DNA of 38,581 bases from the sequence record SRR2962707_4449; one strand, given 5' to 3'. Positions 29,668-38,581 of the stretch are shown here, piece by piece (the first letter of the stretch is position 1; each line of letters starts with the position of its first letter). Below the pieces are notes generated by a model. The model made no database searches. It had not been told where the DNA came from and was given only the letters and a program-made list of their open reading frames with translations. A program made the translations under genes and the position numbers.

Positions 29668-31026
29668 ATGAAGAAATTAGCTACGCTCCTATTACTCATC
29701 CCGTGTCTTTCATTTGCGCAACACGAGGAAACAATCAAGAATATCTATGACGAAACCTTAACCAATGGTCACGTCTATGAAAACCTGAGGTATCTCTGCA
29801 AAGAAATCGGTCATCGATTGTCCGGTTCTCCGCAGGCCGCCGCTGCTGTAGAGTACACCCGGCACCTCATGGAATCGTACGGATTTGATACCGTGTATTT
29901 GCAGCCCGTTATGGTACCGCACTGGGTTCGGGGAAAGAAGGAAATCGTACGAGCTGTTGATACGGATAAACACGGCACAATCAACTTCAATGCCTTGGCA
30001 CTGGGCAATTCGGTAGGTACCGGTCCGGATGGTGTGCTGGCAGAAGTGATCGAGGTAAGTGGGATCGATGAGGTAAATGAGCTTGGCAAAAAAGTAGAAG
30101 GCAAAATTGTCTTTTACAATGGTGAAATGGACCCGACAATCATCAACACCTTTGGTGCCTATGGTGGCGCGGTGATCCAACGATCATCCGGTGCTTCTGA
30201 AGCGGCAAAGTATGGAGCCAAAGCCATTATCATCAGATCAGTAACGAATAGGCAGGACGATATCCCTCACACCGGATCTCTCAGATACAAAGCACTGATC
30301 AACCAGATTCCTGCAGTAGCAATCAGTACCAATGACGCTGACCTGCTAAGCCAGGTGCTAAAAGAGCAAAAAGTAAAAGCCTATATCGAGACACACTGCC
30401 AGATGCTCCCCGATGTGCTTTCTTATAATGTCATCGGTGAGCTGAGAGGCACTGAGTTTCCGAACCAAATCATAGCTGTCGGCGGTCACCTCGACTCGTG
30501 GGATGTGGGTGAAGGCGCCCATGATGATGGAAGCGGATGCATGCAGGCCATTGAGGCAGTACGGCTTTTCAAGGCACTGGGCATCAAACCCAAACGAACC
30601 CTTCGTGCCGTCATGTGGATGAATGAAGAGAATGGATTGCGTGGAGGCGTTGAATATGCACGAGTCGCTAAAGAAAAAGGCGAAAAACACATAGCTGCAT
30701 TGGAGTCGGATTCAGGGGGCTTTCAGCCGTTGGGTTTCTCTACTTCCGGTTCGGAAGAACAACGCGAACAAGTCAAAGCATGGAGGGACTACTTCCTGCC
30801 CTACCGGGTTTGGGATTTTGATCAGAACGGTGGTGGTGCTGATATCGGTCCGCTCCGATCTCAGGGTACACTGCTGATCGGATTGAGACCAAGTACTCAG
30901 CGTTATTTCATCTACCACCACACCCCTGCAGACGTCTTTGAGGCCGTAGACCAGCGCGAGCTGGAACTAGGAGCTGCCAGCATGGCCGCCATGATGTATT
31001 TGCTGGATCGGGAGGGGTTGAAATAA
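29668..31026 (+). CDS. M28-family peptidase with PA domain (carboxypeptidase Q-like)
   Basis: RLSGS, GGHLDSWDVGEGAHDDG, NEENG, ESD.G, YHHT..D. Confidence 0.88.
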   Translation: MKKLATLLLLIPCLSFAQHEETIKNIYDETLTNGHVYENLRYLCKEIGHRLSGSPQAAAAVEYTRHLMESYGFDTVYLQPVMVPHWVRGKKEIVRAVDTDKHGTINFNALALGNSVGTGPDGVLAEVIEVSGIDEVNELGKKVEGKIVFYNGEMDPTIINTFGAYGGAVIQRSSGASEAAKYGAKAIIIRSVTNRQDDIPHTGSLRYKALINQIPAVAISTNDADLLSQVLKEQKVKAYIETHCQMLPDVLSYNVIGELRGTEFPNQIIAVGGHLDSWDVGEGAHDDGSGCMQAIEAVRLFKALGIKPKRTLRAVMWMNEENGLRGGVEYARVAKEKGEKHIAALESDSGGFQPLGFSTSGSEEQREQVKAWRDYFLPYRVWDFDQNGGGADIGPLRSQGTLLIGLRPSTQRYFIYHHTPADVFEAVDQRELELGAASMAAMMYLLDREGLK

Positions 31027-31033
31027 TTAGAAT

Positions 31034-32197
31034 TTACTTACCCTCAAATTTCTTCAACTGATGTTCGTAATGGGTTGTATCCTCATAAAGTTCCTGAGCT
31101 AACTCCAGTGCCCGTTTTTCCAGCTCAATAGCTTTTTTCTTATTTCCAAGCTTAAATTGTAGAGAAGCATAAGTATCTATCATGGACGGTTCCGGCTGCT
31201 GATCCACGGCTTGCTGGGCCCATGTGGAGGCGATTTCCAACTGGTTCCTGTTGTTTACAAACAGATAAAATTTCCAGGCCAGTTCATTGAGTTCTTCCGG
31301 ATCTTGCAGCTCAGTCATGCCCACCAACTCAACTGCATAATCAGCATAATCAGACCAGTTTTCCGTATATTCAGCATAGTGCAGATTCATCATTAGTCTA
31401 AGCGTATCCGAACCGGTGAAAGACACATCTTTGAAAGAGTGTAAGAGAGCTCTCATTCCAAAATCATGAAGCTCCTCTGCCTCAAATATTTCCTGATACT
31501 GAGAAAGATAAGTGTCGTATAGTTTGGCATTAACTACTCTCTGTCCCAGGCTATCTTCAAATCGTTTTCTGTTTTTCAGTAAATACTGAAACTCCCTACT
31601 GTAAATATCCCATTGGTATGCAGCGAACACTTCCCATGGAGTATCTAATGTCATATCTTTCAATTCTACTGTTTTTAAATAACCAGCAGCAAATCGCTCG
31701 GCATCCAGACATGCGTCCTCTAAAAGCTCCAGGTAATCCAACATAAAGTCGGCCGAGCGATCTCCATCATCATATCGTTTTTCCATCGACATGAGGGTCA
31801 GACTATCCGTCAATGCCTCCTCAGCCAAAGCAAGAAACTGGTTTGCATCCATCCCTCCGCATCCCCGATGCACTACTTCGCTATTCCCATTAATAAATAA
31901 AAAAGATGGAAAAACACCTACAGTGTAATCCTCAGCCAACTCCACGCCCGGATAGTCTTCCATATCCACAGAGACATTGATAAAGTTCTTGTTGAAGAAA
32001 TTAGCTACCTCAAGGTCTGTAAACGTATATTCTTCCATCTCCTTACATGGCTCACACCACTCTGCATAGCCATTGAGAAAGATTAGCTTCCCTGTCATTC
32101 GTGACTGATCAATTGCTTCATTCCATGATTTTATAAACTTGATTTGAGCACTCAGGCCGAAGGGAATAAGGAGAAAAATAACGATCAGTTTCTTCAT
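31034..32197 (-). CDS. Secreted thioredoxin-family protein with C-terminal TPR-like helices
   Basis: Signal peptide MKKLIV; WCEPC; LNELAW, DTYA.L.FKLG. Confidence 0.8.
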   Translation of the reverse strand: MKKLIVIFLLIPFGLSAQIKFIKSWNEAIDQSRMTGKLIFLNGYAEWCEPCKEMEEYTFTDLEVANFFNKNFINVSVDMEDYPGVELAEDYTVGVFPSFLFINGNSEVVHRGCGGMDANQFLALAEEALTDSLTLMSMEKRYDDGDRSADFMLDYLELLEDACLDAERFAAGYLKTVELKDMTLDTPWEVFAAYQWDIYSREFQYLLKNRKRFEDSLGQRVVNAKLYDTYLSQYQEIFEAEELHDFGMRALLHSFKDVSFTGSDTLRLMMNLHYAEYTENWSDYADYAVELVGMTELQDPEELNELAWKFYLFVNNRNQLEIASTWAQQAVDQQPEPSMIDTYASLQFKLGNKKKAIELEKRALELAQELYEDTTHYEHQLKKFEGK

Positions 32198-32237
32198 AGT
32201 GGAAATTTCATCAAAAAACGTCAAAATCTAATGATAG

Positions 32238-32335
32238 TGTACGATCTATTGTGCGAATCCGCACAGAACTCAACGCTTGAAATATTCATAAGTAATTGAT
32301 TTACATCAATTTACAATTCGTGGCATAGCGATTGG
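32238..32335 (+). promoter_or_regulatory. Probable sigma54 promoter with enhancer and IHF-like site
   Basis: TGTGCG-N4-CGCACA 32250-32265; WATCAAN4TTR match on the minus strand 32289-32301; TGGCAT-N5-TTGG 32321-32335. Confidence 0.65.
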
Positions 32336-32367
32336 TTTTCATAAATAACCAAAACCCAAATTGACTC

Positions 32368-34827
32368 ATGCTAAAGAACTACCTGATTACGATCTTTCGA
32401 CAGATCCAGAAGCATAAGGTCTTTTCCTTTATCAATATTCTGGGACTTGCGCTAGGAATGGCTGCCTGTTTGGTTATTTCACAATACGTAAACTTCCACA
32501 CTTCTTTTGATACATTTCACTCAAAAGCAGATCGCATCTACAGGCTGGAGTCAGATGCTTATAAAAATGACTCGTATTTGGGTCAGTCCAATACTGCCCC
32601 CTCCATGTTAGGAGAAACTGTACGGGATCAGTCTCCAAACGTTCTAAATGTAGCACGATTTTACGATTACAATTACGCTAATAACTCTATCATCTATACA
32701 AATGGAGATACAAAAGTCAACTTTGAGCAACCGGGTGTTTACGTTGCAGATCAGGGGGTTTTTGAGCTATTCGATTTCTCTTTTGAGTTTGGAAGTGCCA
32801 GCAGATTTGACGAGCCACAAACAGCCATTCTCACTCATGAGGCGTCAAAAAAATATTTTGATGATCCAGCAAAGGCAATTGGTAAAACGTTTACCCTCAG
32901 TGGTAACAATGGTGCGCATGAATATGAGCTGATTGGTGTACTAAAAGACATCCCAAAAAACTCTCACATTCAGTTTGAGTTGCTTCTTTCCTATCCTTCC
33001 ATGGATAATTACACAGAAAATCGAACAAGCTGGAGATCCAGCAGCCTAATCACCTACCTCCTACTAGATGTCCCATCTCAGCAAGCAAGCGTTTTAGAAG
33101 AGGTGATCAGGCTACACGAAGAAAACTCCAAGGAATCGTATGCGGCCAGTGGGTACCAGGTGGATTACTTTTTTAGACCACTCACAGACATTCATCTCAA
33201 TGCAGAAACCTCATGGTCGTTCAGCAACAGGGTGGATAGTAAAACGATTTTAATTCTGGGCTTTATCGCAATCATTATCCTGGTAATTGCCTGGATCAAT
33301 TACATGAACCTTTCACTGGTGCGAACCATGGAGCGACTCAAGGAAATGGGTGTTAGAAAATGCATGGGCTCCTCCACCAGACAGATAACGCAATTGTTCA
33401 TTCTGGAGGCATTCGTAATGAATATATTAGCATTTGCCTTAGCGATTCTGCTTACACAAGTAGGTGAAAAATACTTGATTGAGGTGACAGGACTGCCTGT
33501 TTCTGCTTTAATGGACCTGAAGGTATTGACTCTATTATTAGGACTAATCGGAGTTGGCACACTACTCATTGGATTCTACCCCTACATCCTTTTGAAAACC
33601 ATGGATATGGTCAATATCCTAATTGGCAACAGGGGAAAAGTGGGTGGAACTAAAATGCGGAAAAGTATGGTGTTCGTTCAGTTTATGATCACTTTTATTC
33701 TTATTGCAGGAACAGTGACAGTCTACCACCAGATCAATTACATGCGCGAAGCAGATCTGGGTATTGACATTGAAAACATATTGGTAATAAAATCCCCGCC
33801 GGGAGCGGTTCATGAAGATGAACGACAAGATGTTAAAAGATTTAATACTTTAAAAACTGAGTTACTTAAGTATGCAGGGGTCAAAGAAATTACCAACGCA
33901 GGTGAAATTCCGGGTGAACCGGTTGGCTGGCGAGTTGGTCTTCATTTAAAAAATGAGTCTCGTGAAACATCTGTAAACACCGGGCTAATCTCCATGGACC
34001 TTGACTTCCCGGAATTCTTTGATATTGAAGTGATTGCTGGCAGGGGGTTGAGAAAAGGTGATAGTCCATGGAGCAAAGGCGATGTGGTGATAAACGAAAA
34101 ACTGGCAGAGATGCTTGGTTTTTTAAAACCGGAAGATGCAATTGGAGCTGAAATTGATGGTTTCTATGGTCCTACTCTACACGTGAGGGGTGTTTTGGAA
34201 AATCATCATCACACTTCCTTACACAATGATTACATGCCGATGGCATACATCCTTAGCTCGTGGACAGAGTTTTATTTTGTCAAATTACGATTGGATGAAA
34301 ACAGCTCGGAAGCAAAAGGACAACAACTGGAAAACCTAGTATCTACCGTGAATGCCGAATGGAACAAGGTTTTTACTGATTATCAAATGGACTACTTCTT
34401 CCTGGATCGGGCCTTTGACGAGCAATACAAGGAGGACATCCGATTTGGTAAAATCTTCTCAAGCTTCTCGGCATTGGCTATCCTTATTGCTTGTCTGGGA
34501 TTATTCGGACTTACATCTTTTAGCGTACAGCAACGCACCAAAGAAATTGGCATTAGAAAAGTGCTGGGCGCAAGCGTAAAAAACCTGATGGTTCTTCTTT
34601 CTAAGGAATATATGATCCTTGTTGGAATTGCCTGCATTGTAAGCCTACCACTGGCGTGGTGGATGATGGCCGAATGGCTGAAAGATTATACGTTTCGAAT
34701 TGAACTCGGCTGGTGGTTTGTGCTTATACCGATTGCCTTTGTTATTGGACTTGCATTGATCAGTATTTCATCCAAAGTATTGAGTACCGTAAAAGCAAAC
34801 CCGGTGGAGTCATTACGTGCAGAATAA
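32368..34827 (+). CDS. MacB/FtsX-family ABC transporter permease (duplicated domains)
   Basis: FSFINILGLALG, PLTDIHL, INYMNLS..R.KEMGVRK, RTKEIGIRKVLGAS, NPVESLRAE. Confidence 0.92.
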   Translation: MLKNYLITIFRQIQKHKVFSFINILGLALGMAACLVISQYVNFHTSFDTFHSKADRIYRLESDAYKNDSYLGQSNTAPSMLGETVRDQSPNVLNVARFYDYNYANNSIIYTNGDTKVNFEQPGVYVADQGVFELFDFSFEFGSASRFDEPQTAILTHEASKKYFDDPAKAIGKTFTLSGNNGAHEYELIGVLKDIPKNSHIQFELLLSYPSMDNYTENRTSWRSSSLITYLLLDVPSQQASVLEEVIRLHEENSKESYAASGYQVDYFFRPLTDIHLNAETSWSFSNRVDSKTILILGFIAIIILVIAWINYMNLSLVRTMERLKEMGVRKCMGSSTRQITQLFILEAFVMNILAFALAILLTQVGEKYLIEVTGLPVSALMDLKVLTLLLGLIGVGTLLIGFYPYILLKTMDMVNILIGNRGKVGGTKMRKSMVFVQFMITFILIAGTVTVYHQINYMREADLGIDIENILVIKSPPGAVHEDERQDVKRFNTLKTELLKYAGVKEITNAGEIPGEPVGWRVGLHLKNESRETSVNTGLISMDLDFPEFFDIEVIAGRGLRKGDSPWSKGDVVINEKLAEMLGFLKPEDAIGAEIDGFYGPTLHVRGVLENHHHTSLHNDYMPMAYILSSWTEFYFVKLRLDENSSEAKGQQLENLVSTVNAEWNKVFTDYQMDYFFLDRAFDEQYKEDIRFGKIFSSFSALAILIACLGLFGLTSFSVQQRTKEIGIRKVLGASVKNLMVLLSKEYMILVGIACIVSLPLAWWMMAEWLKDYTFRIELGWWFVLIPIAFVIGLALISISSKVLSTVKANPVESLRAE

Positions 34828-34863
34828 AGAAACGCCCAATCACCAACTTACTCTACTAGGGCT

Positions 34864-34891
34864 AACCTCGCTTCGGCGGGGTTTTTCTTTT
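34864..34891 (+). terminator. Intrinsic terminator
   Basis: AACCTCGC-TTCG-GCGGGGTT followed by TTTCTTTT. Confidence 0.85.
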
Positions 34892-34925
34892 TATACGCTG
34901 TAATTTCGCAGGAAAAGGAAGCTAT

Positions 34926-35657
34926 ATGGCAAAAAATATATTTGGTCAATCCATCTGGTTTAAAAAGAAAATCTTCCAGACAGTGGGGAGGTTTGTGCTT
35001 TGGTATCTCCTCAAGCCAAACAAAGTGGTGGTTTCCGGCAGTAAGATTCTCACTGAGATTCCAGAACAAAATGTACTATTCATTTCCAATCATCAGACCA
35101 TTTTCACGGATGTTATTGCAATGTTTCATGCGATGTTCGCCGCACTCAACGGACAAATTGATTCCATCGAAGACTGGAGCTTTCTCAAAAACCCAAAAGT
35201 AAATGTCTACTACGTAGCAGCACGTGAGACGATGGAAAAGGGGCTCATGGCCAAGATTCTGGCATTGGCCGGAGCAGTAACAGTGGATCGTACCTGGCGT
35301 AAGGGAGATGAAATGATCAAACGAGAGGTCAACCCCAACGATACCAAATCCATTGGCATGGCCATCAGAGATGGCTGGGTGGTCACCTTCCCTCAGGGAA
35401 CCACCCGACAGGGAGCTCCTGTGAGAAAAGGGACAGCTCACATTATCAAGCAACACAAGCCAATTGTCATTCCCGTTCGTGTGGATGGTTTTCGTGAAGC
35501 GTTCGATAAGACCGGACTGAAAAAACTGAAGAAAGGCACTGAGCTCAGTCTGAAATTTGGAGAGCCACTCAAGATCGATTATGAAAATGATACAGTAGAG
35601 GAACTCATTAAAAAGATGGGTGTGGCGATTGGAGAGGATCATCAGCCTACTCAATAA
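34926..35657 (+). CDS. Lysophospholipid acyltransferase (PlsC-like)
   Basis: SNHQTIFTD, VTFPQGT, RKGTA. Confidence 0.85.
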   Translation: MAKNIFGQSIWFKKKIFQTVGRFVLWYLLKPNKVVVSGSKILTEIPEQNVLFISNHQTIFTDVIAMFHAMFAALNGQIDSIEDWSFLKNPKVNVYYVAARETMEKGLMAKILALAGAVTVDRTWRKGDEMIKREVNPNDTKSIGMAIRDGWVVTFPQGTTRQGAPVRKGTAHIIKQHKPIVIPVRVDGFREAFDKTGLKKLKKGTELSLKFGEPLKIDYENDTVEELIKKMGVAIGEDHQPTQ

Positions 35658-35704
35658 ATCGGCATCATCATTGTACTAACTGATCCAAAAAAACTCTGAC
35701 AGAT

Positions 35705-36814
35705 ATGAAAAAGACAATTGTTCTGACACTTCTAGTCTTGATGATCGGCTTGCTTCTTGGCTGCAGAAGTGATGATGGGCCGACCACTAATGAGGAAAGT
35801 TTTTTCAACGAATACGATAGTCGAAACTTTGAAATGGGATTTAGCACGTGGGCATATGCTCCTACAGTGGCTTCCGTTGACGACACCTACGACTTCATCA
35901 GTAGCAACGCAGATGTTTATTCTGAACATTTGGATCTAAGTGTTCCCTGGGATGCCTGGATGAACGATAAATCACTTCCTGCTGAGTTTACTAACGAAAT
36001 CACCTCACGGAAAAACCGAAAACTACCGAATGCAAAGTTGGCTCTTGCTGTGAGTCTTCTGAACAACTCAAGAAATGAACTGGCTACTGATTATGACGGC
36101 TCCACTCCACTGTATTCCGCATTAAATGATCAGTCTATCGAAGATGCCTACTTTAAACACCTGGAGTATATCACTAATGAGTTAAACCCGGATTATCTTA
36201 TCATCGCCCTTGAGGTGAACGAACTATTAATTAATGCACCAGATAAATGGGAAGCTTACAAGCTATTAATGGCAAATGTTCGTACAAGAATTAAGGCAGC
36301 ATTCCCCGGACTGCCTATTTCTGAATCCATTACACTTCACAATCTTTATCAACCTGATGTAGAAAATCCTGCTGAATATACTGATGAGATCGTGAGCTAT
36401 GCCAATTCCCTTGATTTTGCAGCGATCAGTTTCTATCCCTTCTTTAAGGGCTTGAATTCAAAAGAAGGCTTTCAGGATGCATTTGATTTTCTTCATGAAA
36501 AGATTACCAAGCCCATTGCATTTGCAGAGACGAGCCATCTGTCAGAAGACCTGAACGTAGAGTCATTTGACCTATTCATTCCCGGTAATGAAACAGAACA
36601 AAAAGACTACCTGGAAACCCTCCTGACAAATGCTCAAGAAGAAAATTACATGTATGTAATCTGGTGGGCGCACCGTGACTATGATGAGCTTTGGGAGACC
36701 TTTCCTGATGAAGTAAAGGACCTGGGTAAGTTATGGATCAGTACCGGCATTCTGAATGAAGATGGTAAAGAGAAGGAAGCACTTGATTGGTGGGGAGCAG
36801 CTTTTGAAAAATAG
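35705..36814 (+). CDS. Lipoprotein, probable TIM-barrel glycoside hydrolase
   Basis: Lipobox LLGC; EVNEL, AISFYP, KPIAFAET resemble clan GH-A acid/base and nucleophile contexts. Confidence 0.65.
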   Translation: MKKTIVLTLLVLMIGLLLGCRSDDGPTTNEESFFNEYDSRNFEMGFSTWAYAPTVASVDDTYDFISSNADVYSEHLDLSVPWDAWMNDKSLPAEFTNEITSRKNRKLPNAKLALAVSLLNNSRNELATDYDGSTPLYSALNDQSIEDAYFKHLEYITNELNPDYLIIALEVNELLINAPDKWEAYKLLMANVRTRIKAAFPGLPISESITLHNLYQPDVENPAEYTDEIVSYANSLDFAAISFYPFFKGLNSKEGFQDAFDFLHEKITKPIAFAETSHLSEDLNVESFDLFIPGNETEQKDYLETLLTNAQEENYMYVIWWAHRDYDELWETFPDEVKDLGKLWISTGILNEDGKEKEALDWWGAAFEK

Positions 36815-36816
36815 TT

Positions 36817-37065
36817 ATGATAAAAGGACTTTTTATTCTTTCTATTACAGTGTTAGCAGTGATAATCTTCTGCATTGGGTTATTGTCGCCTTTAACACCG
36901 TCTAAAGGCACTCCAACTGTAATTGATCTTATCGTATATTGGATAGTCCCATTGCTCATAATAGGTCTTAATGTCTACAACTCTAGAAAGACAAACTTTA
37001 AATACATCCTAATCTCCCTCTTTACAATAATTACTCTTATAGGATTTTACCTATTAAACATTTGA
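36817..37065 (+). CDS. Small hypothetical membrane protein
   Basis: 82 aa, three hydrophobic segments, starts 2 nt after the upstream stop. Confidence 0.55.
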   Translation: MIKGLFILSITVLAVIIFCIGLLSPLTPSKGTPTVIDLIVYWIVPLLIIGLNVYNSRKTNFKYILISLFTIITLIGFYLLNI

Positions 37066-37079
37066 TCAATAAACAATTA

Positions 37080-37101
37080 AGCCCCGACCATAGCCGGGGC
37101 T
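37080..37101. terminator. GC-rich hairpin, possible terminator
   Basis: AGCCCCG-ACCATAGC-CGGGGCT; minus strand followed by TAATTGTTT. Confidence 0.5.
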
Positions 37102-37184
37102 CATTCTTGGCAGAATATCCTGACGTTTTCAGTCAGGACAATGTATGACTAACACCTACTGTTAACCATTTCTTTGAAAGATCT

Positions 37185-37308
37185 CCGTCATTGCAAATCC
37201 GCTGGCTAGCGTACGATGCAGACTCTTAATATTAAGATCGCTTCGTAAGCACTGACGTCTAACCCTGACACTTCGGTCAGGGTAGACTAAAGCTTCGCTT
37301 TAGTCTAC
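37185..37308. repeat. Cluster of palindromes downstream of ftsZ
   Basis: CGTCATTGC...GCACTGACG long hairpin; ACCCTGAC-N6-GTCAGGGT; GTAGACTAAAGC-TTC-GCTTTAGTCTAC. Confidence 0.7.
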
Positions 37309-38581
37309 ATTATCGTGTAAAAACTTATTGTTGCCTAAAATCTGATTTTCCTCATTCAGATTGTACTTTGAAATATTTCGTTCCGAAGAATGAGGGGTAT
37401 TCTGAAGCTGAATCTTCTTACGCTCATACGCGGGAACATCCAATCGTTCTTTGAATTCCTCTGTTGGCATTTCAAACTTCTTGTTATTGAACATCGCTTC
37501 TCGCTCCGCTCGTTCCTGGGCAAGCTTCACCTGCTTGGAGCTTGGAGTCGCATGGAAAGCATCGGAAATGTTCACATCGTCCTCATGTACTTCTTCCTCT
37601 TCCTCATGATCAAACCCATCGGTGAAATCAAACTCAAAGGAGCGTTGCTCTGGTTTCTTTCGTCGCTGCTCCTCTTCTTCTACCTCACGCTTGATCTCAT
37701 CTTTCAACGAACTGAACTCATAGTCCCAGTCTTCTACACCATCCTTATCACTGTCTTCCTCGATTTCAAACATAAAGTCTGAAGTATTTCCTCTTTTCTT
37801 GGATTCATCGATTTCGCGTTGAGAGTCAAGATCAAATCGTCTGGCTTCCTCCTCTTTGGAGATATACTCTCCATTGTCATCAATTTTACCGAATCCCGTC
37901 GCAATCACTGTCACACGAATGTTTTCTCCTAGTGAGCTATCAACACCGTGACCGAAGATCACTTCGGCGTTATCACCCGCATATTCCTGGATGTAATCGG
38001 TAATGTCTGTCAGCTCATCCATCTGCAGCTCTGCTTCCTCGCCCGAGATGATGGAAAGCAAAATTTTCTCTGCGCCGTAGATGTCCTGCTGATTCAGTAG
38101 TGGTGAGTTGAGTGCTTCTTCTGCTGCTCTTCTCGCTCGGTTATCACCGATCGTTTTGGCCGATCCCATCACTGCAGGTCCGGCTCCTTTCATCACGGTC
38201 TTCACATCTTCGAAATCGACATTCACATAACCCGGAACGGTAATGATCTCCGCAATCCCTTTTGCTGCAGTGGTCAAGACATTGTCTGCCTGTGCAAATG
38301 CATCGCTGATGGAGAGGTTACCATAGATCTCACGCAGCTTGTCGTTCATGATCACGAGGACGGTATCACAGTACTTTTTCAGTTCTTTGATTCCTTCCTC
38401 TGCTGCAGCCATTTTTTTCTTTCCTTCAAAAGCAAAAGGAGCAGTAACAATACCCACAGTAAGGATATCTAACTCACTGGCTACCTGCGCAATCACCGGA
38501 GCGGCACCTGTTCCGGTACCTCCTCCCATTCCTGCGGTAATGAAGACCATCTTCGTGTCTTGCGAGAGTAGGTCACGAATC
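37300..38581 (-). CDS. ftsZ: Cell division protein FtsZ (5' end outside the window)
   Basis: GMGGGTGTG tubulin signature, NVDFEDV, VTVIATGF, PAYERK, FLHDNVD; frame open to the window edge. Confidence 0.97.
   Translation of the reverse strand, partial: IRDLLSQDTKMVFITAGMGGGTGTGAAPVIAQVASELDILTVGIVTAPFAFEGKKKMAAAEEGIKELKKYCDTVLVIMNDKLREIYGNLSISDAFAQADNVLTTAAKGIAEIITVPGYVNVDFEDVKTVMKGAGPAVMGSAKTIGDNRARRAAEEALNSPLLNQQDIYGAEKILLSIISGEEAELQMDELTDITDYIQEYAGDNAEVIFGHGVDSSLGENIRVTVIATGFGKIDDNGEYISKEEEARRFDLDSQREIDESKKRGNTSDFMFEIEEDSDKDGVEDWDYEFSSLKDEIKREVEEEEQRRKKPEQRSFEFDFTDGFDHEEEEEVHEDDVNISDAFHATPSSKQVKLAQERAEREAMFNNKKFEMPTEEFKERLDVPAYERKKIQLQNTPHSSERNISKYNLNEENQILGNNKFLHDNVD

Noticed and set aside
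35076-35654. 192-aa antisense ORF, and the other short nested ORFs in the track
   Set aside because: They overlap well-supported genes and show no motifs, so they are treated as shadow ORFs.

Overview
Chromosomal window from a Bacteroidota genome (Cytophagales-like, judged from a T9SS cargo protein, TAnnTTTG promoters, bTHX and FtsZ ending FLHDNVD). Mostly housekeeping: M57 peptidase, GreA-like protein, ppk1, mdh, a 1485-aa T9SS protein, a broken SPFH gene, a Cys-less Lpd/SthA-like flavoprotein, a Trp-attenuated operon (trpL-E-G-D-C-F-B-A-aroF-phhA), TerB, DUF5916, thx-OMP-alkB, DUF819, hydrolases, a MacB-type permease with a sigma54-like promoter, an acyltransferase and the 3' part of ftsZ. 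Two signals stand out. (1) DUF559 (Vsr-like) endonuclease sequences occur twice, both times next to copies of one palindromic repeat family (ACYCACCCC-N-CCCCTC..GAGGGG): once intact and fused in frame to TrpF, once as an unannotated 33-codon remnant inside a repeat cluster. This suggests a nuclease/REP mobile system. (2) An unannotated ~240-nt structured RNA candidate lies between phhA and the flavoprotein gene, with its own promoter and terminator, repeated CGAAG motifs and a phased array of DnaA-box-like 9-mers upstream. All calls come from reading the sequence; no searches were run.
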